The notes under the pieces are model-generated. The model was not told the DNA's origin, did not search any database, and saw only the letters and a list, made by a program, of their open reading frames with translations. A stretch of DNA of 64,000 bases from the human T2T-CHM13v2.0 reference genome, Homo sapiens, in assembly GCF_009914755.1 (NCBI RefSeq), contig NC_060934.1. The stretch is one strand, 5' to 3'. The position numbers and the translations under genes were made by a program. This document shows, one piece after another, positions 1-14,779 of the stretch (position 1 is its first letter; every line of letters starts with the position of its first letter).

Positions 1-267
1 CTACCACCTTTGAAGTAAAGCAAGGAGTGATGTTATCAGCTCCTCTACCTGGAAGAAGGAGAAGACAAGAAAAAAAAAAATGTCAGATCCTGTAGTGTCA
101 GAGAAAAAAATGTGAAGCTGATATCCCAAGCTGGATTTCTAAACAACTTTTTCTATTGAAATATTGTTACCCATGACAGTTAAATTCTGTTGTAATATTG
201 GAGTAGTATAATAATTATGCCTTCAATATACATTCTAAATAACCTCATTCCAAAGCACTTTATTTCC

Positions 268-342
268 CTCATTCATGTATTTGACTAATATTTACTAATC
301 ACATAGTAAGGACCAGGCACTGTTGTAGGCACTGGTGAGATA
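268..342 (-). mobile_element. L2 3'-end fragment
   Basis: ...CCAGGCACTGTTGTAGGCACTGG resembles the L2 terminus in reverse orientation. Confidence 0.55.
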
Positions 343-398
343 GATATATATACACACACAAATACATATACATATACACACACACACACACACACACA
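343..398. repeat. (TA)n/(CA)n compound microsatellite
   Basis: Directly visible. Confidence 0.95.
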
Positions 399-1142
399 AT
401 ACTCTTTTAAATTAGCTTAACTTCTCTAGGATTTTGCTCTTTTTTTCTCTTTTGAGCTAAGGAAACTAAAATGTATCAAATGTTGGTATGATCCAAGTCA
501 TGTTACTAATAAATATTAGCACTAGAGGTCAAACTCAGGTCTTCAAAAGCATTGCTTTTTCTCATGTTTTGTAAACAAATCTCTATGGTTGGCATTGCAT
601 TGTAGAAAAATTGCTTCTAAAAGTCCAAATTATAGACAAATAAATATGCATTTTAGAGAAAAATCTGTTGTAGTGTCAGTTATTAGTTATATATGCATAG
701 CCGTGCTTCTAAGGAGGTATCTTACATATCGTGGCTTCTGAAAAATATTAGAGTGGACGGATGCTAATGGAATGTATTTCCAAATGCCACATAATACATG
801 ATCTCTTAGCTCCTTAAAGATTTTGTTTCAGGATGAAAAAATAGAAGGCCTCACATTGGCTCTCAGATATAATTTACATCCTTGAACACAGTTTACAAGG
901 AATGTTGCATTTGGGGAGATGGAGGGATACTTTCCTAGATCAATAAAGTGATGCTTTTTTTTTTTTTTAGCATTTGTGAATAATCATAGTCATGAATAAG
1001 CCTCTATAGGTTAGAGCTCTGGAGCAGAGTGGGAGAGAGAGAGATGGGGTTCAGGTACCTCAAATTCCTAAGAACAATATGTTCCTTTATAGATTAAAAT
1101 GAATCCACTCTTACTGCTTTTTGACCTCACTGAATGTGTTAG

Positions 1143-1514
<372 letters not shown>

Positions 1515-1561
1515 TGAAGAGACCACCACGATGGTATTGCAAGGCGATCAAACATTTAGTG

Positions 1562-2005
1562 AGTGTTTTTTTTCTTAGGGCTGCTGTAAGAAAGGGCCAC
1601 AGAGTGGATGACTTAGACAACAGACATTTATTTCTCAAATTCTGCATGCTGGAAGTTCAAGATCAAGATATTGGCAATGGTGATTCCTTCTGAGGGTTGT
1701 GAGGGAGCATGATCTCTTCCATGTCCCCTCTTAGATTCTGGTAGTTTCATTAGTTCCTTGGCTTGTGTATGGTGGTTTTCCCTAATTCTTCACATCATCT
1801 TCTCTGTAAGCATGTCTGTTTTTAGGCCCATATTCCCTGTTTCATTAGGACCCAGTCATATTGGATTAGTGTCCATCCTAACAGTCTCATTTTAACCTGA
1901 TCATCAGCAAAAACCCTATTTCCAAATAAGGTCACATTCATAAGAACTGGGGTTAGAACTCTGGCATATTTTTGGGAAGGAGAAAACACAATTCAAACCA
2001 TAACA
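1562..2005 (-). mobile_element. MLT1-type MaLR solo LTR
   Basis: AGGGCTGCTGTAAG...ACAACAGACATTTATTTCTC...GGAAGTTCAAGATCAAG...CCCTATTTCCAAATAAGGTCACATTC...ATTCAAACCATAACA matches the MLT1 consensus. Confidence 0.85.
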
Positions 2006-2114
2006 GTTTTTAGCCAAAATCCAATATTAATCATTAATTCAGCAATTGAAGTTAGATGATAATGTATGCTGCCATCAGACATCTTTCCTAAATGGTACAC
2101 ACTTGTAATCAATA

Positions 2115-2280
2115 ACCCTGAATTCTGCCACTCATGTGATCATTAGCAAGTCATTTAAATTTCAGATTTTCAAATTCCTCATCTGTCATTTTGAGATGAT
2201 AAAATTTGACCTGTGTGCCTCACAGAGATTGTGGAGATGATGTATATGAAGAGAAAAGAGTTTGAAACCTATAGAGATGC
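2115..2280 (+). mobile_element. MIR fragment
   Basis: Core GCAAGTCATTTAA...TTCCTCATCTGT...GAGATGATAA. Confidence 0.7.
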
Positions 2281-3088
2281 CATGAAAATTTAACTTTAAA
2301 GCCACATATGTTAAGGGTGTTGGGCATGGCTCATTTTTGTAGTGAGTGGCTGAGACTTGATGAAGGAATAAAGGACAGTAGCAGAATAAAGCTTGTTACT
2401 TTATTCCTTGGTGAAGGAACTTTTTTCCTTGGTGAAGGAATAAAGGGCAGTAGCAGAATGAAGAAGTGACCCTGAATCCCTGGATGCTACGTCATAGGCA
2501 AAGAAGTCTAAATATTGAAATTCCATAGGTCTACAGAAAAAAAAAAAAAAAAAAAGAAAAACTGACCAAGGCAGGGAAAGCAAGACAAAAGTCTCATTCA
2601 AACACTCAGCTCTACATACATGAAATGTTATGGATATGTCAATGTACAAGAACAAAACTGAATACCTTTCTTCCCATGTTACTTACTAAATTTCTTAGTG
2701 TTATATTTACACACTCAAGAGATGACTAAATTTTTAAAAGCAGACCATATCACTCTTTTTTTTAGATTTCATTGGTAGTCTTTACATTATTTTACAATCA
2801 CTTGGTAGTTTGGGAAATCTATAAAATAATTTTTGTAGCTATCTTGTTGATGCGACGGCATAAATATCCCATCAGATCAGTTAATCTGCATACTGTGAAG
2901 CACGTGCTAAAAGCACAGACAGTTGGAAATTGTTCTGTCAGCAAGCTAGAGGCGAGGCTATTAGATTTTCTTTCTGTTCCAAATGAAAATACTTTTGGCA
3001 GCTCAGATCATATGAATTGTAATTAAAGACCCTAACTATGATGGAAATGCAAAAATAATCCCATCATTGTTATTTCGTTCTTCTCTGA

Positions 3089-3617
<529 letters not shown>

Positions 3618-4878
3618 CCTCTCTATAGGTGGCATGTGGCCTGAGGGAGTTGACTTGGCTAGAGAAGGCCCCCTGTTTTTCAAAGGTGCCATCTCCTGTG
3701 GCTGAAATGATCTATGGGGTTTGGTAAGCTGAGACATGAGAACCAGCTTTGAGTTCAACATCATATCCTGTGATTATGACTGAATCCCAGAGACTCATTA
3801 TATAAAAGTAATTAATCTAGGACACATACATTTCTTCTTCCTATTTAGTTGTTTCCTTCCCTTTCCTTTCCAATAAAAGAAAATAAATTATTTGTGCATC
3901 TGAAAGAAGACTGGCTGTCCATTTTTCCTCACAGATGAGCAATCATTAAGGGAAGTAATAATAGACATTCTGGTTCTAAGCACACTGTGCAAAGGACTGA
4001 ACTACTCAGGAGAATCATCAAGGTATGATTACATGAAACTGCTTTTTAACTGACACAGTAATGCATTTTCTTAGTAAGGATTAATTGGATGTTTCTGTCA
4101 GAGCTTTAATTTAGTATAACAAAGTGACAGTGTTCAGGGAACAAAATAACATAGTAAATATTAATATTAATGAGACTTGGTCAAACACCTTTACTCTTTA
4201 CTGAGTTAAAACAGTAGCCGAAAGGAGATGTATATGTGCACGTGCAGGTATGTGTGTATTTATTTGAAGAATCTAGGTAGAATTCCAAGAAAGCTTACTT
4301 TAAAGCATGCTGTGGAGACCATTGCTTTTTTTTTTAATGACACATGAGCTTTGGTTAAGTGCCCTGGCACTGATAGAAAATGCCTGAGCTGAATACCAAA
4401 GAGCTTATACCTATGAACAGCTTATGTCTGCAGAGTCTATGTTTTATTGGAAACCAGAATTGACTTTATAACTTAGAACTCTTCTATAATGATGCAGAAA
4501 ACTCTGCCTAATAAAATACATGTTGCAAGAACCACAGCAAATCATTCTTATATTTAAAGATGGAAACTTACAAAAATATAGCACTTAAAGTTCTCATAAG
4601 AGGACTTCACCAGCACCCTTGAAATGTGATACTTGATTCTATGGTGTGCACCATGTTAGAGATTTTGTACTGTTCTCTGGGGTTTGCTTTGATTATTTGC
4701 TTCGGTCGTATTTACATTTCAATTATGTTACAGTAACAAGCTTTTTATTTCTAGAAAGTGTAATACTAAACCATTTTGCGATATTAGTCTTCCTACCAAT
4801 GGCATAGAATTCCTGTGGTTCCTCTAATTGATTCTTAGGGAAATTTAACAGCATTTTAAAAAGCCTGTCTTCCTACTG

Positions 4879-4909
4879 TGCACACACACAAACATACACA
4901 CACACACAC
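4879..4909. repeat. (CA)n microsatellite
   Basis: Directly visible. Confidence 0.9.
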
Positions 4910-5869
4910 TTAAAAAGTATATGCCTGTACTTAGTCACGTTGATTGTGAAGAAATCTCTCATAATATATTTGGATTCTATATTCATGAATATTAGGGCAA
5001 TCATTTCATCTTGGTGATTAATAAGATATGTATTTTCAACCAGCATTACAGAGTAGTTATTTGGCTGTCTCCATGTGGAATCATGCTAGATTTTACCTTG
5101 CTCATTAGCTTGAAAGCATCCTAGCTAGATGGTAAGCCCAATAAAGGCAAGGATTCTGCCTCCAAATTCTTTCTTTACTCTTCGTCTTTTAAGATGTTCC
5201 AGTATACACATTCGCTCCCTCTGGCTTGGCACTCCCTGTCTATTCTTAGTTAGGCCCCCTTCTGTGTTTTCTGGCTTTTCCCTCCACACCGAGTCGCACT
5301 CAATCGGGAAGACTCGACCTTTTGCAGAACTTTCCTTGGCCACATTTGCCTAGCCTCCCACAATGATTCCTTTTCTGAGTGTCTTGCAGTTCCAGAAAGA
5401 TTCCTGCTAACTGGCTGTTCATTAGAAATTATTCTAGTTCAACCAACTGATTGTAAAGTCTTGAGAGCAAGGCACTGAAGTTTTAGGCTTCAAGTGTCAC
5501 TCTCAGATCTTCAGAAAAGGGACTGCTGGATGAAGCAAAAAAGTGGTGGCCTCCCAGAGGTTGTGGCTGGGCTGGAGCCAACCCTTATTTAGGACAACCC
5601 TTGCGAAGGGATGGCCATTGTGCATTACATGCATGACGTTCAATTCTAGCCTGAAGAAGCATCTGTCATCTAAATCAGAAACATATACATGGAATCGGAT
5701 TTAAAAGCATGTGCCATTGAACAATAATTAATTGGTAGCCTCATTTATATGGGGTAATACTGATTATAGATCGCTACAACAATGCATCCATAAATATGTC
5801 ATTTATAGAACACCATCACTTATATTATTTCATGGAATTCTTAACACACCCCTCTGAGTTAAATAATGG

Positions 5870-6000
5870 GAGCCTTATTTTACTAAAGGGGTAGAGGAGT
5901 CACAGAAATAACTTTACCACCCTATAGCTAAATACCCAGTCAGTGACAGAGTGGGAACCTGAATCCAAGTATGTCTGGGTCCAAAACTCATTTGTTTACT
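5870..6000 (-). mobile_element. MIR fragment
   Basis: AGTGACAGAGTGGGAACCTGAATCCAAGTATGTCTG resembles the MIR 5' end in reverse. Confidence 0.55.
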
Positions 6001-6589
6001 CCCAACCCTGAGCCCCAAGTGTTCCACACTGACTTTAATATTGAAATGAAGATCCCCCTTTATCCAGATCTATACACATTGCATAGAATATTTTTTAGAA
6101 AAAAACAAAATGAATCATGGTTCTTAGAATGGCCATATATGATTCTTAAATGACTCCTGTAATAAAAAAGTAAATTCAGAGAAACCTCAACAAAGCAAAG
6201 CTATTGCTTTTGAGAACATTTGGTAAAGAGCAGTACCATATTACCTATTTCTGTATTTTTTGCCTTTGGTTACATGAGAATTGCTTTTCATTAGAGAGAT
6301 GTAACTGAAACAAATGTAAGTTTTGTGTCTTCAGTCAAGCAATGGGTGAATAATAAGAGGATCAAAAAAATTGAGAAATTGATGTTAATTTTTTCATTTT
6401 CTTGAAGTTTGCTTTAGTTATAAATGAGAAAAAATAACCTTTAAAAGGATGTAGTTAAAGTTTTTTGAAGGAATAACAATTTTTTAAATACAGTTTGTTT
6501 GGTATGCGATCAGAGGGTTTACTAGGTAGGATGATTGGCTCTCACTCTCTGCTTCAACCAAGCCAAACACTGTGTGCATGAGATTCAGC

Positions 6590-6735
6590 CTGTGGGAAGC
6601 AATGAGAATCTCTGTTACTCCACTCCTTCATTTTATGAGTGAGTCAAGAGAGGCTCAGATGGGCTAAGTTATAAACTCAAGGTCACCAGTAAGTGGATTG
6701 ACTATGACTTGAACTCAGGTATTCTGAAATTAAGT
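6590..6735 (-). mobile_element. MIR fragment
   Basis: CATTTTATGAGTGAG...GAGGCTCAGA...CAAGGTCAC. Confidence 0.65.
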
Positions 6736-6965
6736 TTAGAAAGTCTGCATAATTGGTTGGGTGTATGTCTTTCTAAGGAGTAGGTTTGGCTGTTAATCTA
6801 AGTTAAAATAACTGGGCCCTATCTTTTTCTGAATTTTATAATAGTTCATTTTTAAAATGGCATCCTTATTTTTGCTAATATTTCTCATTTTTCATTTTTA
6901 ACTGATTTATATTCAGTATTAAATTTCTCATTAAATTTAAATGCATTACCTTCCAGACCACCTAA

Positions 6966-7411
<446 letters not shown>

Positions 7412-8338
7412 CTGATGGGGTTAATTAATGATGAGTAATATGTATACATGAATACACTAAAAGTAATTTCAGGGAAATTTTGAAATGGACTTTGTTTTCC
7501 ACAATTTGTTTTCATTGGGTAAAATCTGTCTAGCCTCTACAAGAAACAAAAGACCTTTGCATCTTTTCAACCAGCCTTTTGAATAAAATGCAGGAACACC
7601 TGCTACCTGAAGAGCATTATCTTCTTTTGGAACTCTTCCATCTGTAATAAACTGTTGATGTTTTAATCAAGATTACTGCATGCTTTAGGGAATTTGAATA
7701 TATTTAATTGAAGGTGTTCAGGACTATCCATTATGCAGTCATGATAGAAAACATAATGTATTCAAGCCAGAAGTGGAGAAAAATAATGTGTTTCAGGAGA
7801 GCCCTCCTGATATAGCAACCTAGTTATGCTGAAAGACCACAATTAAATTAGTTCATTGCTTTATCTTGCTTAGTGGTTCAGATAACTTTAGAGTTGGTGG
7901 GGTCTTACTCTCAGCTATTCATTTTACAGATGAAGGAAGTAAGAGTAAGAGGTTATATTTCTTGCCTCAGCTCACATGGTATTTTAAGAAAAAAGTCAGG
8001 ATATGAATTCAGTTTTTCTGAATTCTAACTTAAGGCTCTTCTACATGTCTTCCTAGAAATTTTATCTAACAATTTTGCTATGTAATAGGGAAATAAATAT
8101 TTTGTTCAAGAGGCTGTGGAAAATGTCAGATAAAAAGAAGCTAGCTTCCTTTGATTACGTAAAAGACTGTGGTCATTCTGGGTCCACTTTTAACTTGAGT
8201 CTAGGGAGCAATGAGCCTTGGTTGTAGACAAGGGTCAACTGAATTCATGGTAAGCTCTCTGCATCCATCCAAACCCACCTCCACCCCATCCTCTGCACGC
8301 ATATTCACCACTGCCATAATCTGAAAAGATTTACAACA

Positions 8339-8482
8339 CAGATTGAGTATTCCTTATCCAAAAATCCAAAATTTGAAATGTTCCAGTGAGCCTTTGCTTT
8401 GAGCATCATGTCGACCTTCTAAAAGTTTTGGATTTTAGAGCATTTCAGATTTTGGATTGCGGGGTTAGGGATACTCATCCTG
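8339..8482. mobile_element. Tigger4/MER46-type TcMar MITE
   Basis: Terminal inverted repeats CAGATTGAGTATTCCTTATCC and GGTTAGGGATACTCATCCTG, followed by TA. Internal AAAATCCAAAA/TTTTGGATT inverted arms. Confidence 0.8.
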
Positions 8483-8832
8483 TAATTGCTTATACTAGAG
8501 TAGTAATCAGACAGGTTTTCAAAGTTAGGTTTATTTTGATATTGACAAGCTACTGAATATCTAATGTTATTTTGAGTATACTGTTTGCATTTTATTCATT
8601 ATTTCAGAAAAAGAGTATAGATAATATAGGTGATTCATAGAATCTAGATAGGGAATTTGACTTCTCCAAGGCTATCATGTGGATTTTGGAATGTAAATCA
8701 ATTAAACCACATTTTTAGTGCTTTTTCAGAATCGTTTCAGTATCTTAGCAGTGTAATCTGCATAGTTTTGTTATATTGTACTAGTGTACTTGGCCAAATA
8801 ATTGAAGAAAAGTTGATCCTTTCATTTCAAGT

Positions 8833-9304
8833 TGTGAACCACCAAATATCTGAGACAGATCTCAGTCAATTTAGGAAGTTTATTTTCCCAGAGTTAAGGA
8901 CGTGTGCCCATGACACAGCCTCCAGAGGTCGTGATGACATGTGCCCAAGGTGGTCCGAGCACAGCTTGGTTTTATACATTTTTAGGTAGACATGAGACAT
9001 CAATCAACATATGTAAGATAAACATTGGTTTGTTCCAGAAAGGTGGGACAACTTGAAGCAAAGGGGGAACTACTCGAACTGGGGAGAGGGCTTCCAGGTC
9101 ATACGTAGATAAGAGACAAATGGTTGCATTCCTTTGAGTTTCTGATTAGCCTTTCCAAGGGAGGCAATCAGTTATGCATGTATCTCAGTGAGCAAAGGGA
9201 TGACTGGATAGAATGGGAGGCAGGTTTTCCCTAAGCAGTTCCCAGCTTGACTTTTCCCTTTAGCTAAGTGATTCTGGGGCCCCAAGATTTATTTTCTTTT
9301 CACA
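8833..9304 (-). mobile_element. MER4A-type ERV1 solo LTR
   Basis: TG...CA ends. The reverse complement starts TGTGAAAAGAAAATAAATCTTGGGGCCCC like MER4A/MER4A1. Imperfect 4-bp TSD AAGT/AAGG. Confidence 0.85.
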
Positions 9305-9786
9305 AAGGTGTAACCACACAAGATATCAACACACCCAGAGTTTAATTCAGTTAGTTGCGACAACATCACAATGCTCTAGTTATATAAAATAAATATTTCT
9401 TTATATCATCTTGGAGAACATGGCAATAATTATTCCAGGCATATTTTTGAATATGTGAGATTTTTCTTTTAAACTTCTTCTGTTCCCATGTTCTTTACCT
9501 CTTTCAGTGTCTCTACTATTTCCAAGTAGGAGTCCTACTAAGCTAGTTCCACTGGAATCTCTTCTGTCTTGAAGAAAAGATTTCCATTAGGATGCTAACA
9601 CCTTAGTTTAATTTATCCCAGGAGCCCAGGAGTTTTTGCTTTACAGAGAAGCATATAGTCGGCTCTAAAGAATGACATTATCACTATTATTGTTGCCATT
9701 CTATTTCTGTTTCTACTCCCACTAGCACTGCTACTCTTGTGTCCAGTCCAAATATTAACTAATTCATTCATTCATTCCTTCGTTTC

Positions 9787-10087
9787 TTTTTTTTTTTCTT
9801 TTTTTTTTTTTGATGGAGTCTCGTTCTGTCACCCTGGCTGAGGTGCAGTGATGCAATCTCAGCTCACTGCAACCTCCACCTCCTGGTTCAAGCGATTCTC
9901 CTGCCTCAGCCTCCTGGGTAGCTGGGAACACAGGTGCACGCCACCACGCCTGGCTAATTTTTGTATTTTTAGTAAAGACGGGGGTTTCACCATGTTGCTC
10001 AGGCTGGTGTCGAACTCCTGGCCTCGTGATTCTCCTGTCTCGGCCTTCCAAAGAGCTGGATTACATTCATGAGCCACTGTGCTGGCC
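9787..10087 (-). mobile_element. AluS element
   Basis: Full reverse dimer with poly-T. TSD-like TCGTTT(C/A)TTT on both sides. Confidence 0.95.
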
Positions 10088-10119
10088 TCGTTTATTTCTA
10101 TGTCATGTGCTAAGTCTTC

Positions 10120-10290
10120 CAACTATATGAATCCATTTAATCTTCAAAATAAGATGGCAAGGAAGATACTTTGTTTTCTAATTTTACAGACCACAAAATG
10201 AAGACCCATGTCACATAAAAATTATGTTGAATAATCAGGATTAAAAAACAATTCTAGCTTCTATATTCATACTCTTAACCACTATACTCA
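10120..10290 (-). mobile_element. MIR fragment
   Basis: CCATTTAATCTTCA...ATTTTACAGA...CTCTTAACCACTATAC. Confidence 0.65.
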
Positions 10291-10609
10291 ACTTCTGCTA
10301 TTAGAATTTAAAATATTCTAATACTCAGGAGTCAGAGAGGTTATTGTCCCTCAAAGTTTTCCAGTGTCTCTGAAGTCATAAAAATCAGAAATTTCCATCT
10401 CTACATATTAATAAATCTATAGATGTATTCCACACATGTTACAGAGGAGAGGTGACTACTTTGTGTTCATCAACTTCAGCAGTTTTGTTTTTCTAACTTA
10501 GCTTGCCAGCATCTAGTAACAGTTACTGCATTTATCTAAATTATTCCTTATCGTATTTAATATAACTCAGACATTTTAAAATCATGCTTAATATAGCTGC
10601 ATTTTATTT

Positions 10610-11945
10610 TTTAAATTATTTTTAATTGACATAATAATTCCACATATTTGTGGGGTACAATGTGATGTTTTGATACATGTATACATTGTGTAATGATCAA
10701 ATCAGGGTAATTAGCTCATCTATAACCTCAAATATCTGTCATTTCTTTGTGGTAAGATCAGTGAAAATCCTCTCTGCTAGCTATTTTGAAATACATATTA
10801 TTTTTAATTATATTCACCTCACTGTGCAAAGAAACACCAGGACTTATTCCTACTAACTGTAACTTCATACTCCACCAATCTCTCCCTATCTTCACCTCCC
10901 CTGTCCCCTCCACATTCTCTAGTAACTACTGTTCTACTCCCTGCTTCTATGAGATACATGTTTTTAGGTCCTGCATATGAATGAGATCATGAGGTGTCTT
11001 TCTGTACCTGGTATATTTCACTTAACATAATTTCCTCCAGCCTTATCAATGTTATTGCAAATAACAGGATTTCATTTTTTTAATGGATGAGTAATATTCC
11101 ATTGTGTATATAGACCCCATTTTCTTTATCCATTTATTCATTTTTGGACACTTAAGTTGATTCCATATCTTGGCTATTGTGAATAGTGCTACAATAAACA
11201 TGAGAGGACAGATATCTCAACCTATTGATTTCATTTCCTTTGAATATATACCCAGTAGTGGATTTGGTAGATTATACGTTAGCTCTGTTTAAATTTTTTT
11301 TTGAGGAACCGACATACTGTTTTCATAATGGCTGTACTAATTTATAATCCCACTAACAGTCTGCAAGGGGACAGTGTTACTGGGTGTATAACACTTGTTA
11401 TACTATTTTTGCTTTTGTTGTCTGTGAATTTGAGGTCTTATCCTAGTTCCACAACGTTGCTAACACTTCTTTATCTTTTGTCTTTTTGATAATAGCCATT
11501 CTAACAGGCATGAGGTGATATCCATCATGGTTTTGATTTGTATTTCCCTGATGATTAGTGATGCCGAGCATTTTTTTTTTTCATATATCTCTTGGCCATG
11601 TATGTGCTCTCATTTAAGACTCATGTATATTAAGGTCTTTTTCCCATTGTCTAATCAGATTATTTGCTTTTTTGACTATTGAATTTTTTGAGTTCCTTAT
11701 ATATTCTGGATATTATCCCTTTGTCAGATGTAGAGTTTGCAAATATTTTATACCATTCTGTAGATTGTCTCTTCATTCTGTTGATTGTTTCCTTTGCTGT
11801 GCAGAAGCTTTATAGTTTGGTGCAATCTCATTTGTCTATTTTTGCTTTTGTTGTCTGTGAATTTGAGGTCTTATCCAAAAAAATCCTTGTGCATTCTGAT
11901 GTCATGAAGCATTTCTTCAATATTTTCTTCTGGTAGTTTTATAGC
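10610..11945 (-). mobile_element. L1MA-type 3' portion (3' UTR plus end of ORF2)
   Basis: GGGGTACAATGTGATGTTTTGATACATGTATACATTGTGTAATGATCAAATCAGGGTAATTAG 3' end, followed by degenerate ORF2 C-terminal sequence. Confidence 0.9.
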
Positions 11946-12059
11946 AATAGCTGCATTTAATGTTGGTTAGGAAAGAATGAATTAGAAACAAATTAATACC
12001 AATTATTAAAATATTTTTAAAAATCTGTAATAGTGACTTTGAAAAATATATGTTAAACA

Positions 12060-12310
12060 AGAAGACTTATGGAGGATGAAGTAACTACCATTATTTTAAA
12101 GGCGTGATGAACATAAATGATGCTTTTGAGACAGCCAAAGTATTATAATGGGATATTAAAATATCTACCATTACTATTGGTGAGGAAGTCACAGGTACTA
12201 CTAATACCTGTGATCTGTTGCCTGTATTCACAATTTGAAGAAAATACCAGAACTTTAGTTGAAGTTTGTGAAAATAAAGATGTATTTCCTCCATCCATGT
12301 TATAACTCTC
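12060..12310. mobile_element. Possible hAT-Charlie DNA transposon fragment
   Basis: GTGAAAATAAAGATGTATTT...CCATCC resembles Charlie-family sub-terminal sequence as I remember it. Confidence 0.4.
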
Positions 12311-14119
12311 TTGAAAATTAATATTCTATTTATAAGGAGGCTGAAGAATTTTTAATTTTATGAGGACATCTATCTTATGTGCTCAGTGTTTACATTATTT
12401 ATTAAGAAATATTAGTGTGCCTTGTCTGCACAGGAATTTCTTATATAAAAAAGCAATTCCAGTTTCTAAAATTTGAGATACATTAAGTCACTGAAGATAG
12501 CATTCTATCTGAGACAAGTTTAGAGCAGACTAAGTATAAATAGGTTTAAATGCTGCCACAGCAAAGAGCTATTTCAGCCAACTAGACATCAGGCCTGCAG
12601 CCAGGTAGAGTCAGCAACTTCCATACTGGCTGCTCGTGAATTAATATAGTGAGAGATTTGTCACCCAGACTCAAGAGTGTCTCTTCAAATGTCATAAGTA
12701 GTCATAGACATTGTCATCTTAGGTATTATAAGATCTGAGAGAAGGAAGAGAATAAAAGCAATATTGTGGCTTGTCTAGTTTAAAATGTGGCTTCACATGG
12801 TTGCTGTCCATTTGCCCACGGAAATTTTGTAGGTTCAACTGCTGTGCACACAACTAGTCTGTGTAGGAATCCTGAGAGCCAGTAAATTTCAATTTAACTT
12901 CTGCTTATTTACTGAAAATATTTGAATTTTGATTATTTCAAAGACATTTTTCATGGTGAAACATTTCTTTTTTACTCTTCTCATTTTTCTAGGGCATTGC
13001 TTGAAAAATTGTAACAGTTTTCAGCACATGATAGTAACTGTTTGTAGAACTCGTTTAAGTTCTTAATTAATTTTTAATGCATACTCTTCATTTTCTATGG
13101 AGTTTGCAATACATGCTCCAACCAAAGTAGGGTAGAATTGCTTATCAGTGGGCTGATTGTTCTAACTGAATCACATTTCTGACTCGGATGCTGCTATAAG
13201 TTTGGCAGTCCGTTTTTACCAATTACAGATTACAGAGTTGGAGTAGAGAGAAAACCCTTGTGATTCACTCTTGTATGCATTGATAAAATAAGCAATTAAA
13301 ATGGCAGTAATCTTAGATATCTTATCTCTGTAAGAAATGAATGTACAAAACAATACCATTTGTAATCTTTGAGGGAATTTTAATTAAAATAAATGTTTTA
13401 AACTTTTTTTAACAAATAAAGAAATATTTAGACTTACATTTTCTAGATTAGTGTATTTCTTTACATCTTCTAAAGAAGTCAGGAATATTTTCTGATAATC
13501 TGTTGTGACAATAAAGCTCCTTGGTAAATTCTGCTACTGTTCTCCCACTGTGGATAGTATTATGTGAAAGATATAAACAAACAAAACTGAGCAGTTTGGG
13601 ATATACTATGCCCAACTTAGACTATTTCTAACTAACAATTCCTTTAATTTAGGATTACAACTTTCTTCTGCAAATACTGAGTTTCCAGCTCCTTCCCAAT
13701 TCTTTTCACCCTTGCTTTCATTCATTGCGATTTAAACATATATTTAGTGAGCTTTTCCTAAATACACTGTCTACTATCATGGAGCTTGTGAGTTTAAAGT
13801 GGGCTTAACTGCTGGCAAAAAGCAACGGTATGGCATGGATTCTTTCTATCAGAAGTTGTAAGAGCTTCTCATCAGAAAGTGAATGTCCTTCAATATTTAA
13901 TTCTCCTCATTCTGAAGTCGTCCTTTTCCTGAAAAGGTAGTTTATAACTTCATGTGCTACATTCTTGGCACTGGAACCTCTCTGAGGTTCATGGAATGAG
14001 TTTGAATTCAGTGGCGGTGTGTTCCCATATGATTAAGTCTTTGTCTCCTGGCACTGCTATGCTGCATGATGACTGAGTATGTGAAAAGTTCTATTCTCCA
14101 GTGACGAGGGAGGCTTCAT

Positions 14120-14230
14120 GACGCAGACCTCATCTGCCTTGTTTACTGTCCTGTCTGTAGCAAGTAGCTTAGTGCCTAGCACATAGTAGGTATTAAACAC
14201 ATATTTTTTAATTGAATGAAAGATTGAATG
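14120..14230 (+). mobile_element. L2 3' end
   Basis: AGTGCCTAGCACATAGTAGG...TTGAATGAA. Confidence 0.75.
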
Positions 14231-14305
14231 TACAAGCAGTACATAAATGCCAACTCTACAGAATAATTCAATATTATAAGAATTAACAAGCTACTGAAAT
14301 ATTTA

Positions 14306-14779
<474 letters not shown>

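Noticed and set aside
2026-2038. HNF1-like ATTAATCATTAAT and similar AT-rich motifs elsewhere
   Set aside because: Expected by chance at this AT content.
12964-13004. Strong acceptor TTTTTCTAG|GGC at 12991-12992
   Set aside because: There is a stop at the fourth codon and no convincing partner donor. Such sites are expected by chance in T-rich introns.
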